Source of the DNA: an uncultured Lachnospiraceae bacterium
GTDB lineage: Bacteria; Bacillota; Clostridia; Christensenellales; UBA1242
Assembly (NCBI GenBank): GCA_964432825.1
Contig: CAYSOX010000003.1
Location: 10,682 to 74,681 of the forward strand
DNA length: 64,000 nucleotides
Reading direction: 5' to 3'
Part shown: piece after piece, positions 23,895 to 35,550 of the stretch
Position numbering within the stretch: position 1 is the stretch's first letter
How the letters are laid out: each line of letters opens with the position of its first letter
Notes under the pieces: model-generated
Told to the model about the DNA's origin: nothing
Databases searched by the model: none
What the model saw: only the letters and a program-made list of their open reading frames with translations
Position numbers and translations under genes: made by a program

Positions 23895-24275
23895 TTACAT
23901 ATAAAGACTTTCATTTTGTTGGAAAGATACACCATAAACATGCACATTTACTTTTTTAACCTTAAACTCGGTCATACCTTCAACACTTCGCTTAATGTTC
24001 TCTTGCACTCTAAACGCAACATCATTTACCGAATGCCCAAACAAAATGTTTAAATATGTATCAATTATTAAACCTTCCTCAGTAAAATTTATGGCGATTC
24101 CCTTCTTTAGTTTGCGACTAAAAACACTTTTTAAACCCAATCCTAAAGTAGAACTAAAAGAATGCACGCCTGAAATTTCTTTTGCAGACAATTCAATAAT
24201 TTGTACAACAATATCCTTTTTGTAACTCAAATCTCCTTCTTCATCGGAAATTAAATTTTTAATTTTATTTGCCAT
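23895..24275 (-). CDS. Asp23/Gls24 family protein (YqhY-like)
   Basis: VQENIKRSVEGMT..VKKVNVHV; canonical position between spoIIIAH and nusB. Confidence 0.9.
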   Translation of the reverse strand: MANKIKNLISDEEGDLSYKKDIVVQIIELSAKEISGVHSFSSTLGLGLKSVFSRKLKKGIAINFTEEGLIIDTYLNILFGHSVNDVAFRVQENIKRSVEGMTEFKVKKVNVHVYGVSFQQNESLYM

Positions 24276-24304
24276 AATAACTCCACTTATTAGAATTTAT
24301 ACAA

Positions 24305-24333
24305 ATTATAACATAAGTGTTTCTATTTTGCAA
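24305..24333 (-). promoter_or_regulatory. sigmaA promoter of asp23
   Basis: TTGCAA-N17-TATAAT with extended TG. Confidence 0.7.
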
Positions 24334-24347
24334 TAATTTTAAACTAT

Positions 24348-24860
24348 TTATTCTACAGGAATTATCTTAACATTAGTAGCATCGGTTTTTGTTTCAGTTG
24401 TTATAACACCTAAAATTTGTGTTGCTTGTTCTTGTGTCAACGAACCCGATTTAACTAAAACATTGTAATACTCCGAACCAATTGTAACTACCGCATCATC
24501 ATAACCTTTTGCTTTAATCAAACCTTCAAGAATTAATTCAGTTTCCATCTTCTTTTGTAATAATTGCTTACTCTCAACTGCCGAACTTTTTTCAGATGCT
24601 GTTGCATAAGAACTATCAATTATTTCATTTAATAACTGCAACTGTGATTCTCTAGACTTTGTTCGGTCATCTTTGTATGTTTCAAAAAAGTTCGCTTGGG
24701 CGGTGCTTGTGTTAGTTGCTTCTGGGTTTAATGCTTTTGAATTTAACTTATAGTTTAAAACTCCTGTTATAACTAAAAGCAATGCCATACCGCAAATAAC
24801 CAACGCTTTCTTTTTGTTTTTAATAAATTGTTTTGTTTTTTTAAATCCTAAAATTTTCAT
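24348..24860 (-). CDS. spoIIIAH: Stage III sporulation protein AH
   Basis: FFETYKDDR, ELILEGLIKAKGYDDAVV; last gene of the operon. Confidence 0.9.
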   Translation of the reverse strand: MKILGFKKTKQFIKNKKKALVICGMALLLVITGVLNYKLNSKALNPEATNTSTAQANFFETYKDDRTKSRESQLQLLNEIIDSSYATASEKSSAVESKQLLQKKMETELILEGLIKAKGYDDAVVTIGSEYYNVLVKSGSLTQEQATQILGVITTETKTDATNVKIIPVE

Positions 24861-24893
24861 TTTGTTCACCTCACATACTAAATTTTATGAGCA

Positions 24894-25409
24894 TCAATCA
24901 CCACTTAGAACTTCGATTGAACTAATGTTTATGTCGAAAACTGACGCCAATGCATTAATTATTGAAAGTTTAGTTTTTTCATTATCAACACCTTTTGCAA
25001 CAACCAAAATCCCAACTATTTTAGGATAATTCTTTTTAATTATTACTGGAATATTTTTTGAGCCATCTTTTTCAAACACTAAAGCACTATTTTTTTGAAA
25101 GTCGGAATGATTTTCTCCTCCACTTTCAGACACATCGGTTGCATATTCGATTTCTATAGATGTAGTTGTGTAAACCAAACATTTAACATTGCTCACCCCA
25201 CTAACTGACTCTACAATGTTTACTATCCTATCTTCCATTTGGTTAACATAACCATCAATTTCTATAGCACTACTCAAATCACTTGAATTTTCATTTTTGG
25301 AATTGCTAGAATCTTTTAACACCACCAAACCTATAATACAAACAACTAAAAGAATGGTACAAATTTGAATTTTTTTGTTAGAAAATATTTTTAAGATATT
25401 TTTTATCAC
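24894..25409 (-). CDS. spoIIIAG: Stage III sporulation protein AG
   Basis: YPKIVGILVVAKG; operon position. Confidence 0.88.
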   Translation of the reverse strand: MIKNILKIFSNKKIQICTILLVVCIIGLVVLKDSSNSKNENSSDLSSAIEIDGYVNQMEDRIVNIVESVSGVSNVKCLVYTTTSIEIEYATDVSESGGENHSDFQKNSALVFEKDGSKNIPVIIKKNYPKIVGILVVAKGVDNEKTKLSIINALASVFDINISSIEVLSGD

Positions 25410-25410
25410 T

Positions 25411-25842
25411 TTAAACTATTTCAACCTCACAATCTACATATTCATTAACAACTCTAGCAATTTGTTCTTTTAGTACATCAACACCATTCTTTTTAACTAA
25501 AACTTTATCATAATCTATTTGGTTTTCGTTTAAATTGTAGAAAAGTTTTACATTCATTTCTCCATCAAATTCAATTAAAAGCCTTGTTTCAATTATATTT
25601 TCCAAATTTTCAACTTGCTTTTCATAATAACTAGTATCCATTTGACTTTCGGTTGTAGGAGTAAGCGTCCACTCTTTTTCAATATCAAAAATCGCATTTA
25701 TACAAATTGCAAAAACCGAAAGAACTATAACAGCCGAAAACATAAACTTCGAAAAATTATACAATTTTGTTCCATTAGCAAACAGTTCAATCATTATATT
25801 TACAACTATTAAAGACATTATTAAATATATAATTTCTTTCAT
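25411..25842 (-). CDS. spoIIIAF: Stage III sporulation protein AF (divergent)
   Basis: Two N-terminal TM helices; position between AE and AG. Confidence 0.7.
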   Translation of the reverse strand: MKEIIYLIMSLIVVNIMIELFANGTKLYNFSKFMFSAVIVLSVFAICINAIFDIEKEWTLTPTTESQMDTSYYEKQVENLENIIETRLLIEFDGEMNVKLFYNLNENQIDYDKVLVKKNGVDVLKEQIARVVNEYVDCEVEIV

Positions 25843-25844
25843 AA

Positions 25845-27017
25845 TTACACCAAATTTGCCGTCATAACCACTAATAGTAGCATAATGAACACCATTAAAA
25901 ACACTGCCATTAAACTTGCAAGTAAAAAATTAAAGACCTTTGATAAGTCACTCATTAAATTGCTAATAGGATTTTCACCCGTAATATCAATCAGCGCACT
26001 AGAAAACTTTAGCAATAAATTATGTAAAATCATTTTTATCGCCGGTGCAATAACAACCAAAATTATAATCACCAATCCAACTACGCCTAAACTATTTTTT
26101 AAAATGATACTTCCAGCACGAAATATTTCAAAACTACTAGACAAATACCCACCAACTATCGGAACCAGACTGTTTATTGCATACTTTGCAGTTTTTATGC
26201 TAAGCCCATCCTTTCCGCCCGCCATTATTCCAATCACTGTTGCATATCCAATGAAAATTGAAAAGACAACCCCAATAATCCACTTTATTAAACTTGAACA
26301 AAAGTTAATTAATTTGTTTAACTTTATATCTTTCACTAAATTATTCAATATTATTAATACCAATGTAGTCATAATTAAGGTTATTATTACACCGCTAAAA
26401 ATTGAAATTGCTGTGGTTGAAATAATTGAAAGAAGTGGCTCATACAAGCAACTTGAAGTTTTACCTCCAGAAGCCGTCATCAATACAAGCAATACCGGAA
26501 AAATAGTTTCAGAAAAATTTTTAACATTTTTAATTGTTGTCAAAATCAAATTTATGGAATTTAAAGATGTATAAATTAAAATACCCGAAGCCATACACAC
26601 AAAAACTAAATTGATTATATTTTTTATGCTTTCACGCCCAGAAGAAAGGTGCATAAACAAAGCAGATAAAAATGCCAATATCAATAAACTTAATAGAACC
26701 GCCATTTCCTCACGGATAATATCTTTTATCTTTGTAGTTACATATGCTGAAAAATCGGTTATAGAAAGTGTTAAATTTCCCTCAATAACCTCTTCCAAAA
26801 ACTCTGAAAGTGTACTTTTAGCCACAAGGTCTTGACCAGCATAAAACTCTTCTAATTCTTCTAAATCCAATGCTTTTAGTTGTGAATAAACCGCCTCGCT
26901 AACATCTTGCTCTACATTTTCTTTATTTTTTTCTTCGGCATAAACTTTCAAAGAACCACATGGCATATAAAAACTAATAATCAACAACCCTAAAATAATA
27001 ACAATCGTTTTTTTCAT
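25845..27017 (-). CDS. spoIIIAE: Stage III sporulation protein AE
   Basis: Polytopic; PVLLVLMTASGG, KTAKY..VPIVGG, ILKNSLG; ATG 27017 after AGGA. Confidence 0.92.
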   Translation of the reverse strand: MKKTIVIILGLLIISFYMPCGSLKVYAEEKNKENVEQDVSEAVYSQLKALDLEELEEFYAGQDLVAKSTLSEFLEEVIEGNLTLSITDFSAYVTTKIKDIIREEMAVLLSLLILAFLSALFMHLSSGRESIKNIINLVFVCMASGILIYTSLNSINLILTTIKNVKNFSETIFPVLLVLMTASGGKTSSCLYEPLLSIISTTAISIFSGVIITLIMTTLVLIILNNLVKDIKLNKLINFCSSLIKWIIGVVFSIFIGYATVIGIMAGGKDGLSIKTAKYAINSLVPIVGGYLSSSFEIFRAGSIILKNSLGVVGLVIIILVVIAPAIKMILHNLLLKFSSALIDITGENPISNLMSDLSKVFNFLLASLMAVFLMVFIMLLLVVMTANLV

Positions 27018-27217
27018 TAATTTTCCTGCTTTCATTAATTTGTAAACCAAAAATCTTATACTGCTATCAATTTTGATTTAATAATATTTTTTGAATATTT
27101 TTTTAACTAAAATTATAGTAAATTGCTTAAAAAATATTTAAGTGATAAATTAATTTTTAGTTAAAGTTTAATTTAACTTTTTATTTACTAAACGCCATTA
27201 AAACTACACATAAAGCA

Positions 27218-27604
27218 TTAAATTACTTTTAAAATTGTTTCAAATAAGTCCAGTACAAATGGTAAGCACATTGCTAGAATTATAACTTTTCCGCAAAACA
27301 CTATCTTTTTAGCAATTGATGAAAATCCATTTTCCTCTACAATATCCGATGCAAACTCAATGATATAACCAACACCAACAACCTTTAGTGCTGTTTTTAT
27401 CATATTATTTGAAAGATTGATTTTTTGAAAGAAACCATTAAACTGTTCTAAAATATTTTCAAATGCCGAAATCAAGATGATTGAAATTATAATACATGTT
27501 GATAATACAACCAGTGTTGCAAAACTTGGTTTTACCTCTTTTAATAACAAGGCAATTATCATACCGACAATTCCAATGCCAACAACTTTTAACAATACAC
27601 TCAT
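27218..27604 (-). CDS. spoIIIAD: Stage III sporulation protein AD
   Basis: KVVGVGYIIEFASDI..G..SIA.KI. Confidence 0.92.
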   Translation of the reverse strand: MSVLLKVVGIGIVGMIIALLLKEVKPSFATLVVLSTCIIISIILISAFENILEQFNGFFQKINLSNNMIKTALKVVGVGYIIEFASDIVEENGFSSIAKKIVFCGKVIILAMCLPFVLDLFETILKVI

Positions 27605-27795
27605 AATCCAAACAAACTTTTTATGTTAATAAACAATTCACTTACCATATCAATTATCATCACTAGCACCACTATAACACCAGCCAAAGTTGACAATGTT
27701 GCAATTTCGCTTTTGCCTGCTTGCGTCAAGATTTGGTTTATGACCGTAGTCAACAACCCAATTGCACCTATCCTAAACAAAACATCTACCGACAT
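27601..27795 (-). CDS. spoIIIAC: Stage III sporulation protein AC
   Basis: FRIGAIG, QAGK.E.A.L.TLAG; ATG 27795 after GGAG. Confidence 0.92.
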   Translation of the reverse strand: MSVDVLFRIGAIGLLTTVINQILTQAGKSEIATLSTLAGVIVVLVMIIDMVSELFINIKSLFGL

Positions 27796-27819
27796 ACGAT
27801 TCTCCAACTAATTACTAAA

Positions 27820-28299
27820 TTAGACCAACACTAGTACAAACAATAAACCTATCAATAAACTCAGTTTTATGGAAACACCCGAATATTTTTCATAGATTTG
27901 CTTTTCTTTTTTTAAATTTTCTTCCGCCTTTAATTTGAAAAAATTTAGTTGTGATATTTGATTTTCAGCATCAATTTTCCCAAAATTTTCTAAGAATGAC
28001 TCTACAATTTCAACATCTTTAATGCGAACATAAAACATTTTTTGCTTTGAACTTAAAGCCACCCCTTGTCTCGCTTTTAAAAAGTCCGACAAAATTTTTT
28101 GCAAATCTTTACTTTCGCATTGAAAATTTTTTATATAGCAATAAAAATCTTCTTGTAGAAACGAAATATTGATTTCCAATTCTTTTAAAAATCTAATCAA
28201 ATCTTCATAAAATACAACCCTTTCTTTTAGATATGACCTAAAAAAAACACCCAAGTATCCAAACCCTACAACTATAATAACTGAAAAAGCAATTTGCAT
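27820..28299 (-). CDS. spoIIIAB: Stage III sporulation protein AB
   Basis: N- and C-terminal TM helices, FGKIDAENQ; operon position. Confidence 0.8.
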   Translation of the reverse strand: MQIAFSVIIVVGFGYLGVFFRSYLKERVVFYEDLIRFLKELEINISFLQEDFYCYIKNFQCESKDLQKILSDFLKARQGVALSSKQKMFYVRIKDVEIVESFLENFGKIDAENQISQLNFFKLKAEENLKKEKQIYEKYSGVSIKLSLLIGLLFVLVLV

Positions 28300-28303
28300 A
28301 CAC

Positions 28304-29209
28304 CTACCACACCGGCTTTAATCCTCCATCAAAAACCCCGTCTATTGTCCCCACCCCATTTTTTGCTGAAAGTACTATATAATAATCAAACACATTTGCA
28401 TCAAAAATTTCTTTTGTAAAAGATTTTCGTTTTACATCAAAAACACTTTCTCCATGAATAGTCGCCACAACACGAACACCCGAAGTGACTGCCATTTTAC
28501 AAGCCCTACAATCAGACTCATCCATAAGTTCATCGGTTATAATCACTTGAGGGTTTAACGCCCTAACACCTTCACGAAAAGCAAATTCTTTTTTGCAACC
28601 ACATAAGCAATCGGTCGTTAACCCAACATCTAATTGAGTTTCTCCGCCACATGATGCCGAAATTTCAAATCTTTCATCCACTACTAAACAATTGAGAATT
28701 TTTTTTGACGAAGCAATAATGCGTGCAATATCACGAATTAAAGTTGTTTTTCCGCAACCCGGAGGTGAAATAATCAACAAATTATTAACATCCCCACTTT
28801 TAAAAATAAATCGGTCAATTGGTTTTGCACAATTTAAAATTTGATGCGGAACTCTTATTACCAATGATTGAATATTCTTTATAGTTTTGACCTCACCAAA
28901 ATCAGACAGCACCACTTCACCTGAAATTCCAATTCTAATTCCGCCCGCAACTGCAATATACCCATTTTTAATTTGATTATTATAACAATATAGCGAAGAA
29001 TCGGTTGCCCTTAAAATAACATAATCAATTAAACGCTTGTCTGCATATATAATTTTGTTATTATTTTGATTTCTAAGTTCGCAGAATTCTCCTCCCGAAT
29101 TTATCAGTATAGGCAAATTCCTCCTTATCCTTATTTCAAACACATTTCGAAAGTCAAAACTTTCTTTAATTAATTCAACCAATTCGGCTGGAAGTATTTT
29201 TGTTAGCAT
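28304..29209 (-). CDS. spoIIIAA: Stage III sporulation ATPase AA
   Basis: EIRIR, GGIRIGISG, SPPGCGKTT, VDER.EI; ATG 29209 after AGGAG. Confidence 0.95.
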   Translation of the reverse strand: MLTKILPAELVELIKESFDFRNVFEIRIRRNLPILINSGGEFCELRNQNNNKIIYADKRLIDYVILRATDSSLYCYNNQIKNGYIAVAGGIRIGISGEVVLSDFGEVKTIKNIQSLVIRVPHQILNCAKPIDRFIFKSGDVNNLLIISPPGCGKTTLIRDIARIIASSKKILNCLVVDERFEISASCGGETQLDVGLTTDCLCGCKKEFAFREGVRALNPQVIITDELMDESDCRACKMAVTSGVRVVATIHGESVFDVKRKSFTKEIFDANVFDYYIVLSAKNGVGTIDGVFDGGLKPVW

Positions 29210-29269
29210 GCTTTTTCTCCTAATAAATTGTACAATCAAAAATGTTTAATTATGTTTATTTGAGAATAA

Positions 29270-29300
29270 AAAAAATGTCGGAAAATAATCCAACATTTTT
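29270..29300 (-). terminator. Terminator after efp
   Basis: AAAATGTTGGA...TCCGACATTTTTTTT on the minus strand. Confidence 0.65.
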
Positions 29301-29324
29301 AAAAATATTTTTAATTAATAAAAA

Positions 29325-29888
29325 CTATTTACCAACTCTTTCCATATATGAGCCAGTTCTTGTGTCAATTCTTATAGTTTCACCATTGTTAACAAAAAGT
29401 GGAACTTGAATTACTAACCCAGTTTCTAATGTTGCTGGCTTATATCCAGCCTTAGATGTATCACCTTGGATACCAGGTTCACACTCAACAATCTTTAACT
29501 CTACAAAAAGTGGTGGTTCAACTGAGAATGCCTCACCCTTATAAAACTGAATAGTACAAGACATATTTTCAGTTATATAATTTAAAGCATCTTCTACTTG
29601 AGACTTATTTAATGGAATTTGTTCGTAAGTGTTGTTATCCATAAAATAATACAAACCGCCGTCTTCATACAAGTACATCATCTCTTTTCTTTCAATGTGT
29701 GCTTTTTCAAATCTTTCAGTTGGGTTAAAAGTTCTTTCAATAACTTGACCGGTAACTACATTTTTGATTTTTGTTCTTACAAATGCCGAACCCTTACCAG
29801 GCTTTACATGTAAAAAATCAACTACAACATAAACTTTACCTTCAAGTTCAAAGGTAACACCTTTTCTAAATTCTCCAGCAGTAATCAT
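29325..29888 (-). CDS. efp: Elongation factor P
   Basis: [20 protein letters not shown]. Confidence 0.97.
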   Translation of the reverse strand: MITAGEFRKGVTFELEGKVYVVVDFLHVKPGKGSAFVRTKIKNVVTGQVIERTFNPTERFEKAHIERKEMMYLYEDGGLYYFMDNNTYEQIPLNKSQVEDALNYITENMSCTIQFYKGEAFSVEPPLFVELKIVECEPGIQGDTSKAGYKPATLETGLVIQVPLFVNNGETIRIDTRTGSYMERVGK

Positions 29889-29946
29889 AACTTTCCTCCT
29901 ATTTTTAATACTTAATTATTTTACCATATAAATTATAAAAATGGAA

Positions 29947-30780
29947 CTATTTTTTGAAAATATCTAACATTATTTTTGAATCTTCCGCTTGAGTTCCACT
30001 AGACTCACAAATAACCCTAATGTTTTGACTATATTTTTTTAATGCCTCAATAAAAATTGTTTGCTCCGGACCAAAACCGCTTGGGTCGTTATCAAAAGTT
30101 AAATGTTTAATTTCACCTTTTGCACCATATTCAATTCTACTGAAATGAATATGAATTTCATTTTTTGTATTTACAAACATATCAAATATCTTACAAAATT
30201 TATCAACCGAATTCAACTCTCCACCCGTAAATGCATTAATATGTCCAAAATCTAAGGTTGGAATTATACAATCGTCAATTTCGCAAAGTTTTTGTATTTC
30301 GTCGCTCGTACCAATTTGACCATGCTTACCCATAGTTTCGGGACAAATGTATACACCACTAACACTTTCGTCACCTTTTATTTTTTCAATAAACGCTTTT
30401 GTATTGTTGTATACATTTGAATATGCAACTTCACGGGTTTGACCAGTCAAACTTCCCGGATGAAACACAACTCTATCTGCGCCCATTATTTTTGCTTTTC
30501 GCATTGATTCATATATATATCCAAAACTTTTTAAAATTTGTTCCTCATTTGGCGATGCCAAATTAATATAATAAGGTGCATGTATTGATAGTTTTATTCC
30601 TGCATTATTAAAAATTTTACCAATTTCGGTACACTTCTCTTCGGTTATATTTGTTCCATAAGTAAATGGATATTCAAAACATAATAGCCCCATATTTTTC
30701 ATCCGTTCAGCAATTTCTGTGTAAGTTAACTTTTCATTTTTCATTGAATCACTCACACCACTCGTTCCAAATAAAACCAT
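29947..30780 (-). CDS. Endonuclease IV-like TIM-barrel protein (AP endonuclease family 2)
   Basis: SIHAPYYINL, VFHPG, PETMGK, DFGH, HIHFS. Confidence 0.85.
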   Translation of the reverse strand: MVLFGTSGVSDSMKNEKLTYTEIAERMKNMGLLCFEYPFTYGTNITEEKCTEIGKIFNNAGIKLSIHAPYYINLASPNEEQILKSFGYIYESMRKAKIMGADRVVFHPGSLTGQTREVAYSNVYNNTKAFIEKIKGDESVSGVYICPETMGKHGQIGTSDEIQKLCEIDDCIIPTLDFGHINAFTGGELNSVDKFCKIFDMFVNTKNEIHIHFSRIEYGAKGEIKHLTFDNDPSGFGPEQTIFIEALKKYSQNIRVICESSGTQAEDSKIMLDIFKK

Positions 30781-31635
30781 CTATTCTTCCTCCATTGTAT
30801 TTATTTTAATTTTAAGCACATTATCCTTTATCGTTCCAAGACCTAAAACTTCATTTTTATAAGCCACCCAATACTCTGCATCTGTACCTAAATAATTTAT
30901 TGCAACACCATTTTTTAATTTAAAAAATTGTTCTTCATTCAATTCAATTTTAGGTAAAGTGATAACCTCATCTATTTTGGTAATTGCACTTTGTGGATTA
31001 TTTTCTATTTCTTCTAAACTAAAACTATTCTCAATTTTAAACTGACCTGCTCGCATTCGAACAAGTTTTACCATGGTTGCAAGTGCATTAATTGACGCAA
31101 AAATATCCACTCCCAAACTTCTAATATATGTACCACTAGAACATATAATTTTGAGATTAAACAAACTATCATCCCCACCTTTAGATGTCAAAATATGGCA
31201 AATTTCGACCTCTTTTGGCTTTAAGTCAAAATCTTTTCCCTCTCTTGCGAGTTTGTAAGCCCTTATTCCGTTAACTTTTTTTGCAGAAAATTTTGGTGGC
31301 ATTTGACTTATTTTTCCAACAAAATTTACACTTGCTTTTTGCACTTGTTCAATTGTTGGAATAAAATTATTTTCATTTACAATTTGTCCATCTGCATCAA
31401 GTGTGTCAGTCAGAACACCTGCACGAAAAACCGCATCGTACTCTTTTTGCTTTAAAAGAAAGTAATCAAAAAACTTTGTTGCCTTGCCTATCGCAATTGG
31501 CAAGACTCCTTCAGCCATTGGATCCAAAGTGCCAAGATGCCCCACTCTTTTTGTTTGATATATTTTCTTCAATTTGGCAACCACTTGAAAACTTGTCATT
31601 CCTTTAGGCTTATAAACATTTACAAATCCTTTCAT
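30781..31635 (-). CDS. truB: tRNA pseudouridine-55 synthase
   Basis: GHLGTLDPMAEGVL, CSSGTYIRSL. Confidence 0.96.
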   Translation of the reverse strand: MKGFVNVYKPKGMTSFQVVAKLKKIYQTKRVGHLGTLDPMAEGVLPIAIGKATKFFDYFLLKQKEYDAVFRAGVLTDTLDADGQIVNENNFIPTIEQVQKASVNFVGKISQMPPKFSAKKVNGIRAYKLAREGKDFDLKPKEVEICHILTSKGGDDSLFNLKIICSSGTYIRSLGVDIFASINALATMVKLVRMRAGQFKIENSFSLEEIENNPQSAITKIDEVITLPKIELNEEQFFKLKNGVAINYLGTDAEYWVAYKNEVLGLGTIKDNVLKIKINTMEEE

Positions 31636-32591
31636 TATAAAATATCCACCATGGCTTTTGTAACGCGTTTTATTACATTATCAAGCGTGTCGTAAACTTT
31701 ACACCCAGATGCTTGTTTATGCCCACCACCACCAAAAGTTTCTGCACAAACTGAACAATCATAGTTTTTCCTTGACCTAAAAGAAACTTTGCAAACATTA
31801 GGTTCAACTTCTGCTATCAATCCCACAAGTGCAACCGTTTTAATTTCTGTTCCTATCCGTGTTAAATTTTTTGCACTGTTAGGGTCAACACCAGTTTTTT
31901 TATAAAAACTATTTGGAATATAAGTCAAAGAAATTCTATTGTCGCACAATAATCTTGTATTACAAATTGCCTCTTTGTACAATTTTAAATAATCAGGCTC
32001 TTCCGATTCAAATATGTTTGACATCAAATAACTAATTTCAATTTGGCTGTTTTGTAATAATTTGTAAACAATCTCCATTGTCGCTTTTGTTGTACAACTA
32101 AACTTAAACCCGCCCGTATCTGTAATTATTCCGGTCAACAAAAACTCACTCATTTGCGGAGTAATTTCTACATTGTTTTCATAAAAGAAATTAGCAATCA
32201 ACTCAGCCGTACTCGACCTTGTAGGTTCTACTATGCCCTCTTTTGTATAGTGCGTATTGGTAGGATGATGGTCAAATTGAATTGCATTTTCATAATTGGC
32301 AAAATCTGGTGCATAAATATTCATCATTTCTCTTGTTGAACAGTCCACAGCAATTACCAAGTCATACCTTTTTACCGTTCGCTTATTTAATAAATTCCAT
32401 ATATCCAAAAATTTAAGTTGGTTTGGAGCAGTGGTTCGAGCATAAACATCTACTGTTTTTCCTAGCCCCTTTAAAAAATAATAAAAAGCAAATGCTGACC
32501 CGACTGCGTCGCCGTCAACATTTGCATGTGTGTATATACCGATTTTATCGGCTTTTAAAATCTTTTCGTAAATTTCTTTTGAACTACTCAT
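31635..32591 (-). CDS. nrnA: DHH/DHHA1 phosphoesterase (NrnA-like)
   Basis: DGDAVGS, DHH, TDTG, GGGH. Confidence 0.88.
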   Translation of the reverse strand: MSSSKEIYEKILKADKIGIYTHANVDGDAVGSAFAFYYFLKGLGKTVDVYARTTAPNQLKFLDIWNLLNKRTVKRYDLVIAVDCSTREMMNIYAPDFANYENAIQFDHHPTNTHYTKEGIVEPTRSSTAELIANFFYENNVEITPQMSEFLLTGIITDTGGFKFSCTTKATMEIVYKLLQNSQIEISYLMSNIFESEEPDYLKLYKEAICNTRLLCDNRISLTYIPNSFYKKTGVDPNSAKNLTRIGTEIKTVALVGLIAEVEPNVCKVSFRSRKNYDCSVCAETFGGGGHKQASGCKVYDTLDNVIKRVTKAMVDIL

Positions 32592-32602
32592 TCATTTATC
32601 CT

Positions 32603-32959
32603 TTACTTTTTATCTGTTTTTTGTAAACCTTCTAATAGTTTCATAATACGATCGCCTTGCTCAATACTATCATCATAGATAAATATTAATTCCGGAGTTC
32701 GCTTCATATTCAACTTCTCGGCAACTTCTTTTTTTATGAAATTTGCTGAGTTTTGTAATTCTTTTATTAGACTATTATGGTCAACCGTTGCATTGATTGC
32801 ACTAATATAAACCTTGCACTGAGAAAAATCAGGGGATGTGACCGCCTTACAAACGGTGATTACTGCATCATCTAAATATGGATTTCTAAGTTCGTCATTT
32901 ATAATTATACTTAAAACCTTTTGCATTTCTGCATTAACTTTCTCCATTCTATGAGTCAT
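32603..32959 (-). CDS. rbfA: Ribosome-binding factor A
   Basis: KVYIS, RTPELIFIYDDSI. Confidence 0.95.
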   Translation of the reverse strand: MTHRMEKVNAEMQKVLSIIINDELRNPYLDDAVITVCKAVTSPDFSQCKVYISAINATVDHNSLIKELQNSANFIKKEVAEKLNMKRTPELIFIYDDSIEQGDRIMKLLEGLQKTDKK

Positions 32960-32970
32960 TAGCCTTCTCC

Positions 32971-35550
32971 TTAATTTATTCTTTCTAAAGTAATTCCCTC
33001 AATAATATCTCCAACCTGGAATTGACTAAAGTCTTTTAAGACAATACCACATTCAAATCCCGCTGAAATATCCTTAACATCGTCTTTTTCTCTTTGAATG
33101 GTCGCTATATTGCCTTCAAATACAATATCCTTTTTGCGGTATACTCTTATTTGTTGTCCTCTAATTAGTTTTCCATCAAGAATATAACAACCCGCAATTG
33201 CTCCAACCTTGCTAGCCTTAAATACCATTCTAATTTCGGCTTTACCTGTTATATTTTCTTTATATTTTGGTGTTTTCATTGCATCAATTTGTTTTGTAAC
33301 ATAATCTACAACTTCGTAAATAATCTTATTAAACAAGATATTTACTTTATATTTATCAGCCAAAACCTTTGCTTTAAAGTCGGGCTTTGTGTTAAAACCA
33401 ACTATAACTGCATTGGAGGCCTGCGCCATCATTACATCATTTTCATTGATTGCCCCGACACCGCCGTGAATACAACGAACTTTAACTTCTTCATTCATAA
33501 TTTCACTTAAGGTTTGTGTAAGCGCCTCCAACGAGCCTTGAACATCGGCTTTAATAATAACATTATAGCTTTTATATTCGGTTTCTTTAAACCTACTCAT
33601 CAATGCATCAACAGAATTATCGGCGACTTTGATTTTATCCGTCTTTTCTTTTACCATTCTTTCGCTTAATACTTTCTTGCTCATTTTTTCATCAACAGCA
33701 TACATTTCATCGCCCGCATTTGGAACACTTGAAAGTCCCAAAACTGAAACAGCAAATGATGGTCCCGCAGACTTTACATTCTTACCTTTTTCGTTAAGCA
33801 TAGCACGAACTTTTCCCGAACTTGTTCCAGCAATTATAACATCTCCAACATTTAATGTTCCGTTTTGAACCAAAATAGTTGCAACTGTTCCTTTGCCTTT
33901 ATCTAGCTTTGCTTCAATAACTGAACCAATCGCCTTTCTCTTTGGATTTGCTCTTAAATTTTGATACTCTGCAACGAACAAAATCATTTCTAATAACTTA
34001 TCAACATTTTGTCCAGTCTTAGCCGAAATTGGTATAATAATCGCGTCTCCGCCCCATTCTTCAGGAACAACATCATACTCAGTCAACTGTTGTTTTATTC
34101 TTTCAATATTGGCTTCCGGTTTATCTATTTTATTTATCGCCACAATCATAGGTGCCTTTACCGACTTTATTTCTTTAATCGCTTCAACCGTTTGAGGCAT
34201 TACACCATCATCGGCAGCAACAACCAAAATTGCTATATCGGTTAATTCCGCACCTCTTGCACGCATTGCTGTAAATGCGGCGTGTCCTGGAGTGTCAATA
34301 AAAGTAATCAACTCGCCATTCTTTTCTATCGTGTAAGCGCCAATATGCTGAGTGATACCGCCAGCCTCTCCATCAATCACATTAGTTTCACGAATGTAAT
34401 CTAGAAGTGAGGTTTTACCATGGTCAACATGCCCTAAAACTGTAACAACTGGTGGACGCTTTATTAAATCTTTTTCATCATCATTGATATTTTTAATATC
34501 TATTAATTGTTCTTCTGCCGTCTTTTCTAGTTTTTGTTCTAGGGTTACACCAAATTCCCCAGCTATTAGTTCTGCACTATCAAAATCTATTTGGCTATTT
34601 ATATTTACCATATTGCCTAAAATCATAAATTTCTTTATAATTTCAACAACTGGTTTTCCAATCTTTTCTGCCAATAATTTAACGGTCAAATTATCCGTTG
34701 TAATAACGGCATGCTCTATTGCTGGTGCGACGATTGTTTCTTGCTGTTTAACCTTTTTGCCTTTAAGTTTTCTAGAACCCATAACAACGCCATCTTCATT
34801 TTCAAGGCTCTCATCTGCAACAAAGCCACGCATTACCAAAGCCTTCCTATTTAAAGATTTTTTCTCTTCATAAGAATGCTCAGATTTTTTCTTTGATTGC
34901 ATTGATTTTTGATAATCAGCACGAGTTTTTCCTTGTTGAACCTCAAAAGTAGGCGTGTTAGATACGCTAGGTTTATTATTAGGCTTTGCGAATGTTGATC
35001 CTTGTTGAGGTTTATTAAACCCATTCCCGTTTCTTCCATTTGAGTTATATGGACGATTTTGTCCACCAGCAAACTGCTGTCTACCCGCATTTCCACGAGA
35101 ATCCTCACGATTTCCGAACTGCTTTGCAGGACGCTCTCCGGGTTTACCATATTGCTCACCAAAATGTCTAGTTCTAATACTTGTATCTGGAGTTCCCGGT
35201 CTACCATATGGACGAAATGATGGCTTTGTATCATTTTTTGCGTTTGAAGATACTGCCGAAGTTGATTTTTGTTCAGGCACTTTAACATTGTCCTTAACTT
35301 CTTTCACTTCCGCTTTCTTTTCGCTATTTGATTCCTTAGGTTTTTCATTATTACTTTCCGCTTGTGCTTTCGCCCTCAATTCTTCAGCACGCGCTTTAAG
35401 TTTTTTGCTAATTTCCACCGACTTTCCCAAACACTTTTTAATAACCGCACTTAAGTTTGTTGCCTCACCTTTTAACTCAACAAGTTGCTTTATGGCACTC
35501 TCTTTTGCTTTTTCTGATTCTTGCACCTTTTGTGTATTTGTATTATTCAA
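32971..35550 (-). CDS. infB: Translation initiation factor IF-2
   Basis: [17 protein letters not shown]; TTG start after GGAGG. Confidence 0.98.
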   Translation of the reverse strand: MNNTNTQKVQESEKAKESAIKQLVELKGEATNLSAVIKKCLGKSVEISKKLKARAEELRAKAQAESNNEKPKESNSEKKAEVKEVKDNVKVPEQKSTSAVSSNAKNDTKPSFRPYGRPGTPDTSIRTRHFGEQYGKPGERPAKQFGNREDSRGNAGRQQFAGGQNRPYNSNGRNGNGFNKPQQGSTFAKPNNKPSVSNTPTFEVQQGKTRADYQKSMQSKKKSEHSYEEKKSLNRKALVMRGFVADESLENEDGVVMGSRKLKGKKVKQQETIVAPAIEHAVITTDNLTVKLLAEKIGKPVVEIIKKFMILGNMVNINSQIDFDSAELIAGEFGVTLEQKLEKTAEEQLIDIKNINDDEKDLIKRPPVVTVLGHVDHGKTSLLDYIRETNVIDGEAGGITQHIGAYTIEKNGELITFIDTPGHAAFTAMRARGAELTDIAILVVAADDGVMPQTVEAIKEIKSVKAPMIVAINKIDKPEANIERIKQQLTEYDVVPEEWGGDAIIIPISAKTGQNVDKLLEMILFVAEYQNLRANPKRKAIGSVIEAKLDKGKGTVATILVQNGTLNVGDVIIAGTSSGKVRAMLNEKGKNVKSAGPSFAVSVLGLSSVPNAGDEMYAVDEKMSKKVLSERMVKEKTDKIKVADNSVDALMSRFKETEYKSYNVIIKADVQGSLEALTQTLSEIMNEEVKVRCIHGGVGAINENDVMMAQASNAVIVGFNTKPDFKAKVLADKYKVNILFNKIIYEVVDYVTKQIDAMKTPKYKENITGKAEIRMVFKASKVGAIAGCYILDGKLIRGQQIRVYRKKDIVFEGNIATIQREKDDVKDISAGFECGIVLKDFSQFQVGDIIEGITLERIN

